Shown here: positions 16,604-28,800 of the stretch, in pieces | Position numbering within the stretch: the first letter of the stretch is position 1 | Layout of the letters: every line of letters starts with the position of its first letter | Origin: Styela clava | Lineage: Eukaryota | Assembly (NCBI RefSeq): GCF_964204865.1 | Contig: NC_135256.1 | Location: 11,718,001 to 11,782,000 of the forward strand | Reading direction: 5' to 3' | DNA length: 64,000 nucleotides | Translations under genes and position numbers: made by a program | Notes under the pieces: generated by a model | What the model was told of the DNA's origin: nothing | Database searches by the model: none | What the model saw: only the letters and a program-made list of their open reading frames with translations

Positions 16604-19600
16604 TCATTTTCTATCTAAACTCTTCTTGTATAAAATAATATTCATCTCCTCCCGAACATCGTGAATCTTATCTTCAAATTTGTTTTCAAAATAAATATTC
16701 ATGAAAAATTTTGCTGATGAGGCTGTTTCAGCAATCCATGGCAAACGCTTTTGTACCAATAACTTCTTTTGCTTCTGAGATAACCTGCAAAAACATATAG
16801 AGTAAACAATACCATTTAATGGCACCACAACCACAAGTTCCAAAACCTGTTCACAGATGAGCTTGACTGAATCTAGTATCGTTAACGTGCTTGATTCACA
16901 GTTTAAGGCAAAATGACAATAGAATGTACATTATATGAGATTCTATTTACAAAATTTTTTCATTACATGTATGCATACTCTTATCGATGTAAAATTTGAA
17001 ACTATGAATGGAAAAAAATGGTCAAAATTTATTGGCACATATTTAGAATCCTAAGCACTATAAAATGAGTGTATGAAACATGTTTCTAATCCTAATGCAA
17101 AGATGAAAATAAATATAAAGCAATTCACATTGGTGTTAAGTTAAATAGCCTACATCAGGGGTCGGCAACCTTTTGTCGCTAGCGGGCCAAATTTAGGGGT
17201 TGCAACTTGCAAGTCATTGTTGGGCCGCAAATATTTTGAGAAAGTTGAAAACCGAGTGGATGATACTTTTTATAATAAGAAACAAGCAGTGATACATCTC
17301 TCGAATAGAATATAGATTTATTTCCTCATTGCATCGCAAAAAATTTCATCTGAATATTTTCGGCGCCATTGAACCCTTTGCACTTAGCATCGACTTTTCT
17401 GCATTTCGCCTAATTATAATTAAATTATGGGCTCATTAAACGAGTAATTGTGAATTTTATACTTGTTAAATTATAATATAATTCAGTCTACACTCGTCTC
17501 ACAATAAATTCTGTTACGTAAAAAATATAATCGTCAAAACAGCTTTTTTGTTAGTATAATCCAGTGAAGCGCTGCGGGCCGGAATATATATTACCGGCCC
17601 GCGGGTCGTAGGTTGCTGACCCCTGGCCTACATAGATATTGAAATACTGCTGTAAGACCAGGTAATTCCATGCAAAATGGCAGAAAAGCAAGGCGGCCAC
17701 TAGCTCATCTGTACAAAATTATATGATAAGGTTTCGCTTGTTGCAGAAAAAATAATTTTCAATTTTTACTAAACCCAAATTTACCGTAGATCCTCGCATA
17801 TAGGCCGAATTTAAACCCGAAAAAAAGTTGCCAAACTAAGGGGTCAGCTTATACTTGCATAACTCTAAAACGCACTAAAAATTCTGCTTATACGCACATA
17901 GTAAGTAAAACATAACCAGGGATGGCCAATTCGAATAAAGTATTCGAATGTATTCGAATATCTCATTATTCGAATATCGGAATTCACGTTCATAAGAATA
18001 TCGGATATTTGTGTGACGTCACACATTTTCGACGCCGCTTTCAAGACGTTTCCGTTGAATGAAAACATTCTCGATAGAAACTTGCGCGCGATTGTTTTTA
18101 TCACTCATCAGCGTAACGTGTTATTTAGGCCCGTGAACGCTATTACGATTGTGTTATTTTCTCTAAAACGAAAATTTTCCACAAATTTGTTCCACGATAA
18201 CGATAACATTTATTTTATTTTTGTATGCGCACGGAATTGTGAATCTGGTAAATACGTTCATAGGCGGCGAGTTTCTAAAGACAACGCAACTTTTTGATTG
18301 AAAAGCGGCAATTTAAAATACTGAAAACAAAACCGTAAACAACATAAGTTTTATTGAGTCCCGCGAAAATTTAAAAAACGCTTTTCTAGGCAGTGAAAAT
18401 CACAAAATTTCGTGTGCCTCTGGCACACATTATGTTTGGTCAGCGTTTAGGAACGTATCGTCACTGAGGGCGGGATTTGCCTGATTATCCATTACTTTAA
18501 ATTGCCGTCAAATATTTTCGGGTTAACACGATACAAGGTTTGAAACGCGACTTTTTCCCTGGTTGTGAGAATGTTATATTATAATTATTCTGAGGTATAT
18601 TCAATCAATTTTATTGTGATGAAATAAATTTTACTCTGAGATATTTTACTCTGAGCATTTCGATCGAGCGGAGTCACTGTTAACAAGTACATCTAAATAT
18701 TTGCCGTATTCGCAAAATACGGATAAAAACAATATTTAATCGGACAGTTTACCTCACGTTTTTATTTTTATGGCCGCGGACTGGTATATAAGAGTGGTGA
18801 GGATTTTATTTTGTCGACGCAACCGCAGTTTAAATTGAAGACAATTAAATTAATAAGAGCAAGACATTTTAAATATGCCCGTGTTGGTCACGAATTCATC
18901 ACTTTGCACAACAGAAAATTATATATTTGTTGTTATATTATTTGTTGTAAAAGTCGACTCTTTTAACAGGTGGCATAATCGCGGCGATGAATATGTATTT
19001 TTAATTTACTGCTAAACTTTATATGTATATTCATTGTATGAAATGAATTATTCTCTACACTTAACAGGATTTTATATAATTGTTTGAGATTTTTCTAACG
19101 GCAATAACGAGTTGGCAAGATTGCAAAAATACATATTAAAATTAAATACATCAAGCAGTTTATCTCGTAATTTTAGGTCACAGATTGCCGTGGACCGAAT
19201 AGTAATGTTTTTTTTGACGTAAGAAGAAGCAACCGCGAGTTATGTTGGACACATTAAATTAATATACAAAGATATTTTAGAATCTCGTAGTTGTCATGGA
19301 TTGAATATTTTACGTAACAGAATGATCATTATACGCTGACAAGACGGCTCTTTTAACAAGCGCGGAATCGCGGTGGGTGTTACAGGCGGCAATGAGAATT
19401 TCCGATTTTGAAAATCCCGGCTGCGCGCTGGCAGTGGTGGTCATCTATTCTCTACTAATTTATTTCTAACTCCAAACACAACAATATGTTACACATAATA
19501 ACAATAAATATACTGGTAGGTAGTAGAATACTCTGGGCTTAAATATTAGAATTTTTAAAGGCAGAATGGATTTTCGATTGTTGTTGCCTGTATTGCCAAT

Positions 19601-22033
19601 AAATTTTATTACTCTCAGAAAATTTTCACAATTATCTGAATACAAGTAGTATTTTTGTCAATTGACTCGACTGTTATCGTAATATCATGGTACCAATGAT
19701 AGAAAGCGTCAGACAACTCCTTGGCTATCTTTTCATATGGTCATTTGTACAAAGTGAATAATTTTAATGAACTGACTGTGTCACAAGTTGCTATTATTTT
19801 TTAATAATAGCTATAAACTATCAATTACTTTGTGTACATATACTGTTGGTCTGTGGCTTCATTCTCATATTTCTATTGAAGCTTATTTCCTAATTTACTG
19901 GGTTTTAATCAACTAAAACAAAAATGTGTTATTTTCGATTTTAGAATGTATTCGGAATTCCAGATTCGAAAACATTATTTTAGAATGTATTCGGAATAGT
20001 TTAGTATTCGGAAATGGCCATCCCTGAACATAACAATGATGGTTATCATTCTCATTAATTCTCTTCTGCAATTTGCTGTGGTGATAGCTGCGTACAATGT
20101 ATAGGGCCGGCTTATATGTTTTGTTTTTAGGAGGTCGGCTTATATGTGATGACGGCTTACTAACCTTACAGGTCCAGCTAATGCGGCTAAGTAACACATC
20201 GGTAGTCGAGTTTGTAATGCTTCAAACCATTTTACAACTATTTCACCCAGTATATTAGTTGGTTGATCTGAAAATGAGCATGTCAATAAGTCACTTTAAT
20301 AATTAGAGTGGTTATTATGTGTCCCGTATTTAACTTCCAGCTGAATAAAGTGATCTAGTTAATCGATAAAGGGATTTGAATTACCATATTTGTGTGGCAC
20401 ACAAGTTGCTGACATTTAGATGATACATGACATTTGATGGTCAATGTTAAAAAAGGATCGCTGGTCTCTTTTACCAGAGTAGAAATGTTGTTTTGATAGG
20501 CTTATCCCTGAGTTCACAAGGCATCTAGGACCGAGATTTGGTTTATGTAAGACTGCTAGGTAGAACATCAGGAATTCCATGTGGAGGTCCTTGGTGAAAA
20601 AACTTTCAGCATCAAATTTCCTTTCTATATCAATGAGAAACACACTCACTCAATAGAAGATGATTGAAATCATGAACTTCTCTGTATCTTTGCATAACAT
20701 AAGCCAGATTTTCATCATCTACAAACTTCACAGGCATCCTACTGTCTGGTGTAATTTTCTAAAATAAATAAAAAAAGAATTGTTTATGACATGCTCTCTC
20801 AAGAATATGTTCCAAATTTTTATTTTTTTGGGGGAAGGCCCCCATTATATTTGGAGTAATATCCCTGTCGTTACAACAGTTCAAAGCGTAAATACAAAAT
20901 TGTATGAGGCACTCACAAATCTATCAAGAAATTCAACATATTGTTTCCCAAACGTATCGTCTTTTAAAGTCCGCAGATGATTCATATCTACTGTTGTGCT
21001 GTTTATTCTAGGTCTGGTTTCAAGTATTTCTCTTCCGACAGGATCTTTTTGCATTCTACTCAGCATGTATTGAAGAGCCTTAGTTCCTGTCACCTCACCA
21101 CATACAGCAACCATGTCTACAATTGAAAATTTTTTTTTTTTTCAAAATAGTCCAATACATACAAAACTAATAAAATGATTTATCTTCATCTTTACTTGTT
21201 CGCTTAACGACAGTTGCACGTGTATTTAATATGAATGGATTTGGTTGACATGGCTCGGCGGTGTGGCGCATCGTGCCAAGCGTTAGGAATACCTTCACCA
21301 CTGATTACCCTGCGTAGGTTCGAATTCTGTGCAGGATTAAATACGTGTGAGTGGATTGCTGGACTCCTCCCCGCCATGGGGTGGTTCACGGCTTCCTCCA
21401 CCACAAAGTTCATGCTTTCAAAAAAAAATAACTGGCTAACTAATCACATACCTGACATGGACTGGTAATCAAACGACAGGCCATGGTTTGCCATATAACT
21501 GAGCCTTCTTATAGTCGATAAATATGTAAATCCTATATGCTATGGAGACTGCCACTCATGAATAGGTGGCTCACATAGAACCTTTTTGGCCCATCATTGC
21601 CTGCTAAATTTTCTATACCTCAACGAGATGGATAATATGAATCAATTAAAATAATTTTTTCAAGCATTCATTGAAATTAATACATTGCTACTGATGGAAG
21701 ACCAAAAAAGCAATTAAAATAATTTTTTAAGCATTTATTGAAATCATTACATTGCTTCTGATGGAAGACCAAAAAAGCTATAGGATGGCTTAATCATATG
21801 TTATATTACATCTTTGTGTGTTGTTTCATGAAAATGACCAACTTTTTACCAAAATTGAACAGTTTTCAGACCCGTGTTGATTAATAAATACCCCAAATCT
21901 CAAGCTGAAATATAAAAATTGAATGAATCTCACCATGTCTGTAAGGATTACTCAATGATGCAACGGCAGATCCAACAGCAAGTAACGACTTTTGAATATA
22001 TGATGTAGTTATATGACCAGTATACAGTGACAT
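16604..22033 (-). CDS. COQ4: Ubiquinone biosynthesis protein COQ4 (5 coding exons)
   Basis: Exons ~22033-21934, 21116-20917, ~20758-20652, ~20267-20165, ~16785-16604. Motifs [41 protein letters not shown] (HDxxH), [18 protein letters not shown]. Confidence 0.93.
17156..17625. mobile_element. hAT-type MITE
   Basis: TIR CAGGGGTCGGCAACC ... GGTTGCTGACCCCTG; perfect 8-bp TSD GCCTACAT (17148-17155, 17626-17633). Confidence 0.9.
17917..20026. mobile_element. 2.1-kb non-autonomous hAT-type element
   Basis: TIR CAGGGATGGCCA ... TGGCCATCCCTG; subterminal ATTCGAAT repeats; 8-bp TSD AACATAAC (17909-17916, 20027-20034); no transposase ORF. Confidence 0.88.
21247..21530 (+). mobile_element. Putative tRNA-derived SINE in COQ4 intron
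   Basis: A-box-like TGGCGCATCGTG and B-box GGTTCGAATTC (21317-21327), followed by a non-tRNA body containing GGCTTCCTCCACCA. Ends approximate. Confidence 0.55.
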
Positions 22034-22711
22034 TGTTTCATATCATACCTATTTAAAATTTGCTAATTTCTATATCAATCAAAATGTAACAATTATTGCT
22101 ATGTTATAATTCAAGTTAAATATTTCATTTAAAAAAAAACTCCGAACAAAAACTTGAATATGAATAATATATGAAATATATACTAAAGAGTATGAGATGG
22201 GACAAAACAATTGCAGAATTTCACACACAGAAATACCAGTAGATGCAAATTATAGAAATAATTTGAAACAGTAAAGTGATATTCTACAGTTATTGCACCG
22301 TTATTTATAGGTAAATTATTAACACTCATAAATTTGCTGATGTATTTGTTTGATTATAATGTATGCAACGATGCTTACAATCTGCATCATAAATCAATTG
22401 ATTATTCACATGCAGTTCAAATATGACCTATCACACAGACAATAGCTCAGATTTGAAATGATATTCCTGTATGATGTTAGGAACTTCTCACATGACTTCT
22501 TTACTTTGAACTGCTTTATATTCCATTTTACAAAATTTATCTTCAACAACTACGTGTTACGAAAACCCATCTAATATATAAGTCTAACAACTTCTAATTA
22601 TTAATTTTGATTAGAGAACTTTTTGATAAATATTATGATTCGAGCAGTATTTTAAATCATACATATCCAATAACATTAATTATAATAGAGATAGACAGTT
22701 GAATAAGATAA

Positions 22712-24201
22712 TCAATCAGTTGCAGTTTCGTTCAAATGCTTGTAATACATTTCTATTGCTTTTTCTTGCTCGACTGTTTCAACAGATCCTGGCCTCAATT
22801 TCCTGATTTCGTCCAGCGCTTCTTTAGCAGATATTCTTTTTTGTTTTAATAAATAGCATGCCAACATTGTTCCAGTTCGTCCATTGCCAAGAGCGCAGTG
22901 TGTAACTACCGGCTGTCAGGTTTAAAAAATACTCGGATTAGAACTCATAGGTGTTTTTGAAGAAAAGTTTGCAAGTTTGTATAATAAAGTTAATTTTTGA
23001 GTTTGAACAGACACATTGTTACAACACTACCAGTCTACTGTGTAGATGACTCCATCCCTATTTGAAAAAGCTATTTTTTCACATAAAAATTTTGTACTCT
23101 GAAAAATCCAGAAATACAATGTCCAAATACTTTTCTTCACAATATTGCAGTAATTGGCTTATTTAATTTCGCAACTAGGCTTATTTAGGGGGTCTGATCT
23201 GCGATAAAATTATTTCAACATTTTGCATTCCATGCCATTATACCATGTCAACAAAACTGCTCTGGAAGCAAAAAACTAGAAAAGAATTTTACCTGATTAC
23301 ACTTTTTCCCTTCGTCGACAAGTTTTAAAAACTCATCTATCTGATCAATTGTCGGAGGATGAAAATCTTTTATTTGAATCTTAGATAATTTCAAATTCAA
23401 TGATTTACTATTTTCCTCAGCTCCTGGTGGATATTGTTCCTTCAATGAAATAACATGACGAATTCCAACTTCAGTGAAGTATTTGTAGTGATCTATTCAA
23501 AATAGAGTGAATAGAAATGATCAATAACTTAATAATGCTGAACCATACATGCATTTTAGGGAAAAAAATTGTTAAATTATCTCTATTATCTACGCAACAC
23601 AGGCATGACAAGGGAGTAAGAAACGTAGTGAATGGTTTTGGAAAACTTTTGTGTCATGTGCACATTTTGGTGCTCGTAGTATGTGTACCAAGTTAGGCAA
23701 TAATTTTATTCCAATTTTCCTTATTTTAGTTCTATTACGAGTTCAGGGACTAGCCAAGTGACTCCCATAGTTTTTGTACCTGAAATTATGGCCTAACTCT
23801 AACCTGGTACACATACTACGTTCCGGTGTCTGTCATCTTGGTATGCATACTTTAGGAGTACCCACATTTTTACTGAATTATGTTACGACTGCAAAAAATT
23901 TTTTCTCTCATTTCTATACGAGATGTATGCCCATTTTGCAGCTGAAAATAAATACCAAAACATACTTTATCCTAGGAATATAAGCACCAATGCAATGCCA
24001 AGCAAGTACGTTCCCAATATGGTGAACCTTACCCCTAGCAGATCACAGAGTCATCATCATTGACATTTTCAATTTTTTTTATAGTTGTCGCAATCCTTAT
24101 TTCTTACCTAAATTTCCTGGGCATCCACATCCAGCCAGAAAACCTTCATCGACCCATGAGAAGTTAGGAGGTGGAGCATTTTCATGATTGCGGAATGCCA
24201 T
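22712..24201 (-). CDS. DUSP23: Dual specificity protein phosphatase 23-like (3 exons)
   Basis: MAFRNHENAPPPNFSWVDEGFLAGCG; IKDFHPPTIDQIDEF; catalytic HCALGNGRTGTMLACYL; IRKLRPGSVETVEQE. Confidence 0.9.
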
Positions 24202-24783
24202 CAGATGATTAGATTGTATGATGTCAGTAGAAAATATTACTCAATGCCGAAGGCCACAAGATATATTTACATATACTATTAAATGACTATGATATACCTT
24301 AGAACAAAAGAATTCAACAAATGAGACTTGCTTGAAATAAAAAAAAGCAAGAGCAGAAAAAAAGATGAAAAACTGTACAATAATTATGATTTAAAGATCT
24401 ATAAGATGGTAACGGCTTCAAAAAGTACTAGCATATATGACTGTTGATCTGTATTGAATCATGAATTAAACATGGACACATAATGTGTAATTGCTCTTCT
24501 AACAAATTTCCTAGCAATATTGTGATATACAGTGGACGAAAAGGGGTCAAATTAGCTAATTATGCTTTAGTTAGACCAGGGCTCTTCAAACTGGGGGTGG
24601 TCACTAGCTGGCTCAATGGGGTTTGCGGTAAAAACTTTTTTGACACCAACTTAGGTTAAAACAAAATATTGATCAAATTTGAAAGATTTGAAACCAGTAT
24701 GAAGACCCACAATCACCGAAATATAGCAAAAACTTGATCTTTTTTGCGAGAATATTAGTCTCAACGATATTGTAAATTTGGGT

Positions 24784-24888
24784 GCTTCTGAAGTATGCGC
24801 ACCAAGATGTCGCATAACCTGAACCCTAACCTGGTACACAACCTGAGTTCAGGTTGGGCGCCATCTTGGTGCGCATACTTCAGGAGGT
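24784..24888. repeat. Short palindromic MITE-like repeat
   Basis: CTGAAGTATGCGCACCAAGATG ... CATCTTGGTGCGCATACTTCAG inverted arms; related sequence at ~23670-23860. Confidence 0.6.
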
Positions 24889-25850
24889 CCTAACTTGTTT
24901 ATTCATTCTCAATATTTTCTGTATTATTGAATAATACTGAATTAGTGAATAGTAAAATTTGACCATGCCAAGATGAAAAAAGTATTGAGTATTATGTTTG
25001 TTTTAAAACAAACAACCATATTAAGACCTCAAATATTATTTCCAAAGATTATTGCTACAATATGCACAATCAAAATTGCCTTCAAAAAAATATTTAATAC
25101 AAAAACATGTTTTCTGCAGCAGCAAAAAACTGAAAAATAATTGTCTTCCGTTGAAGGATTTCAGTTCTATTGCAAATTACTTGATTAAACCAAAAATTTG
25201 TGTCCTTAAGTTTAATTAAGCAGCTCCAAGGATTTAAATAGCTAGTTATCAAGAGCCTTGCTGAGGACAAGCCTTGTTCTGCTTCTGTGATGACTAAATT
25301 AATTGAATTATTCGAGGCATAATGGAAAAGTAGGGATTATTTTTCAAATAAGAAAAGAATTACAGTAAAATACAGTAATCATATCCAATTTCAAATTTGA
25401 ATAGCATACACATACTTCTATTAAAAGTGAGACAAGTATTGCACCGTAATCTAAAATTCAGCGTAAAATTGAGGTCACGCCATAATTATATTCTGATTTT
25501 CCTTTTTTATTACAAGTTCAAGGACTGTCTGTGTTAGTCAAGTGAATATACCCCCTGCCCATAGATTTCAGTCCCTTTACACAACTTTATGTAAATTAGG
25601 CGAACAAAATTAGTTACCTTCATATTGGTACACACACTTCTGGAGCCCCCAATGATATACTCTATTAGTATGACTGTGAAATACCTTATTTCAAAAAAGC
25701 TAAACATCAAATTTGAATACACAAAAATATATGCCAGGAGAGAAAATCGAAAATATTACTTGAAGGTATTGGTAACAGAGTTCAATTCATCTGGATTTTC
25801 TCGGACTCATTTGACAATACATTTACTATGTAGTGACAGTCTGAACAAGA

Positions 25851-28800
25851 TCATATATCATCCATTTCCTTTCTTTTTCTTCTGTATGCCTTTTCTGAAA
25901 ATCTACATTTGGTTGCACCACATTCACATGTGAAATTTTCACATTTTTCATCCCAGAATCCAGAACCATAATCAAAGCACAGCTGTTCACCTACTGCAAT
26001 ATCTTTCATGGCAAAAAAGGCAATTCGAGGAAAATTACTATCTTGATGATCGAAAAAGAAACGAACTGGAACCAAATTTGGCTCACAGTGATGATTGAGG
26101 TAGCGTGATACATTTCCATAAGATCGTCCATCGATACAATAAGAGCCACCCGGTTTATTATCAAGATCAAACAAGTAGAAGTCATCATCACGAGCGTCAC
26201 CATCAGCAATGACCTCACCAATGTATTCACAAACAAATGATCCACGTGGGATTGGTTCTAATGCTCGAACACCCCAGCCAATATTAGGAGTTCTAAATAC
26301 TTGAATGCGGAACCTTACACCACCATTTTGAATTACCCGATTCCTGCAAGATCGGGAGCACTTACATAATGGGTTACATTCATAAATAAAAGGTGGATTT
26401 TTGAAATTAAATGAAGGCAATAATCGACCAGATGCATCATACCAACATTGTCCACTTTGTTTTCCACACTCACATGATGTGCAATCCTGTGTGCATTTGC
26501 ATGAAGTCATGGTAGGCATAATAGCATTTACATTTGTGTATTTGTAAATATTTTTGGAAATGTATAAAAATTCATGAGGTGGACTGACAGGACATGGAGC
26601 TTCATCAACAGCATTAATGCATGAGATTGCTATATTTTCTTTTCCTCTTGATATATCAGCTGAAAGTAATCGTTCACGATCAAGTGGTTCAAAACCTTTG
26701 TGATCTGTAATTGCATTTCGCGTAGCCGCGTTCATGAGAAGTGCAACTTGGCATAATGAAGGTTCTTTTGCACATTGTGCAGGGAAGCGACCTTCATTAT
26801 TCTTGATGCGGGGATTGGCACCCCATGCAAGAAGCAAAACAACACATTCACGATTGTCTTCACGAGCAGCAATATGTAATGCAGTATCACCAAGAATATT
26901 TTGATGATCTATATTGCAATTTTTTTTCAAACACATCAGTAAAATCTTTTTGTTTCCTGCTAAAGCTGCCCACTGCAAGCAAATATTACCTTCTTGGTCC
27001 ACAGTATGCATATTGGCATTATAATACATCAAGCATTGAGCGGTAGATGTACGTTTATGCTCCGCTGCCCAAACTAAAGGAGTCCATCCCCCTTCATCCA
27101 AGCAGTTTATTTGATTTTTGCTGCCATATTTCATTAATGTTAGACATGACTCGAGTCTCCCATTTTTGGCGGCATGATGGAGTGGCACCATTCCTTCAGA
27201 GTCGCTATGCACCAAACTTGTATTACAAGTAATTAGATATTTGACGATGTCAAGTCTGTTTTGCTGTTCTGCATAAAAAAGAGGAGTCTTACCATCTTCA
27301 TCGTGGACATTGACATCTGCACCAGCAGTAACAAGCAAATGAACAATTTCCAAGCTATCACGAGCAACAGCTTCATGCAGTGCTGTCCTCTGGTTGGAAC
27401 TGTTACGAGCATTTGGGTTGCCACCTGTTCCACACAACAATTGTAGAACTTTAACAGCATCTCCTTGTTTTACAAGCTGAATTAAATTTTTCGCTTGAAA
27501 TCGAAGTTTCTTTGGTAAGTCTGTTTCTAAGCTTTGAATCAAAATATCCAAGTTCTCACGATCTGGCATTAGTTTAGTATTGTCTTGAAAAAGCATAAAT
27601 TCAGGAAAAGGTTTTGTGATTCCCGGAATACGAATAACACAATTAGGATAACATGATTGTTTCAACTTTTCAGGCGACTTTTCAATAATTTCTGACTGCT
27701 CTTCTTCGTATTTTTTCAGAAAATCGGCACTTGGATTAACAGAGACTTCCTGAACATTCGACATAGGGCAACCACAATGAGGACAATCCATGCTATGTCT
27801 CATTAGCACTAGACAATTTCGATGAAATCGGTGTTGATGTTGGGGAGTGCTGTTGCATACAAGAAATGTGCCACCTGCACAAAAAGTGCCACAGCCTGGA
27901 CAACACTCATGTTGTAACATGCGAGCTCGATGTTCGCTGCACAATCCATGAGCAGGAAGATTTTTAGAAGCTCTCATCATGTACGGCTCAGAAACATTAT
28001 TCATGCAACCAGTTAATCTGCCATCAATGTTATCGATTGCCATACATGTAATTTTGTGATGTGATGGATTAAGAACATACTGGGACTTAACAACACAAAT
28101 ACAGAGTGGAGTGGCACCAAGCATACTCTCCATATCATGATATAGGGTTTGCATATCAGCAGATAATGATGCAGTTCCACGAACTGTTTTATAAGTTATT
28201 TTACTGGATGGTAGATTGCTTACTTTATCAACAACACTTCCATTGTTTGGCTCTGGTGTGTTCATTTCATTCTGCAGTGAATTGCTTGAAAACATAGACG
28301 TATTTTTTGAAATGTTTTCAGATGAGAAATCAACACTAGAAATTGAATTACCGATATTATCCTCTCGACGTCTCTTAATCTCCGATTCTTGATTTGAAGA
28401 ACTTGTAGCGTGTTTGCGCTTTGACTCTATCGATGATACTTTTATGTCCGATCTTTCATCGGCCTCGTTGATGTTCGAATTTGGTGTTTCTGGCCTCTTA
28501 TCGCCATCAAAATCGGCTATATCAGGACTTGGAGTTATTAAATGTTCTGAGCTTCCGCTGATTTCCGAAATGGCAATTTCAGCACTGTTTGTGTGAATTG
28601 GACTATTCTCCTTTTCAGACAAACTTATATCGCTGTTCTTTGTAATATCATCATCATCATCTGAAGATATGACTATAGCTTCACTCGTGTTTGCATTTTG
28701 CAGCTCATGCAAAGATTCTGACTTAACATACAATGGGGAATTAGGATCCTTTTCAGCTTCTTGTTTGATTTTCATTCTAGCTTGAACCTGGGTGAGATCA

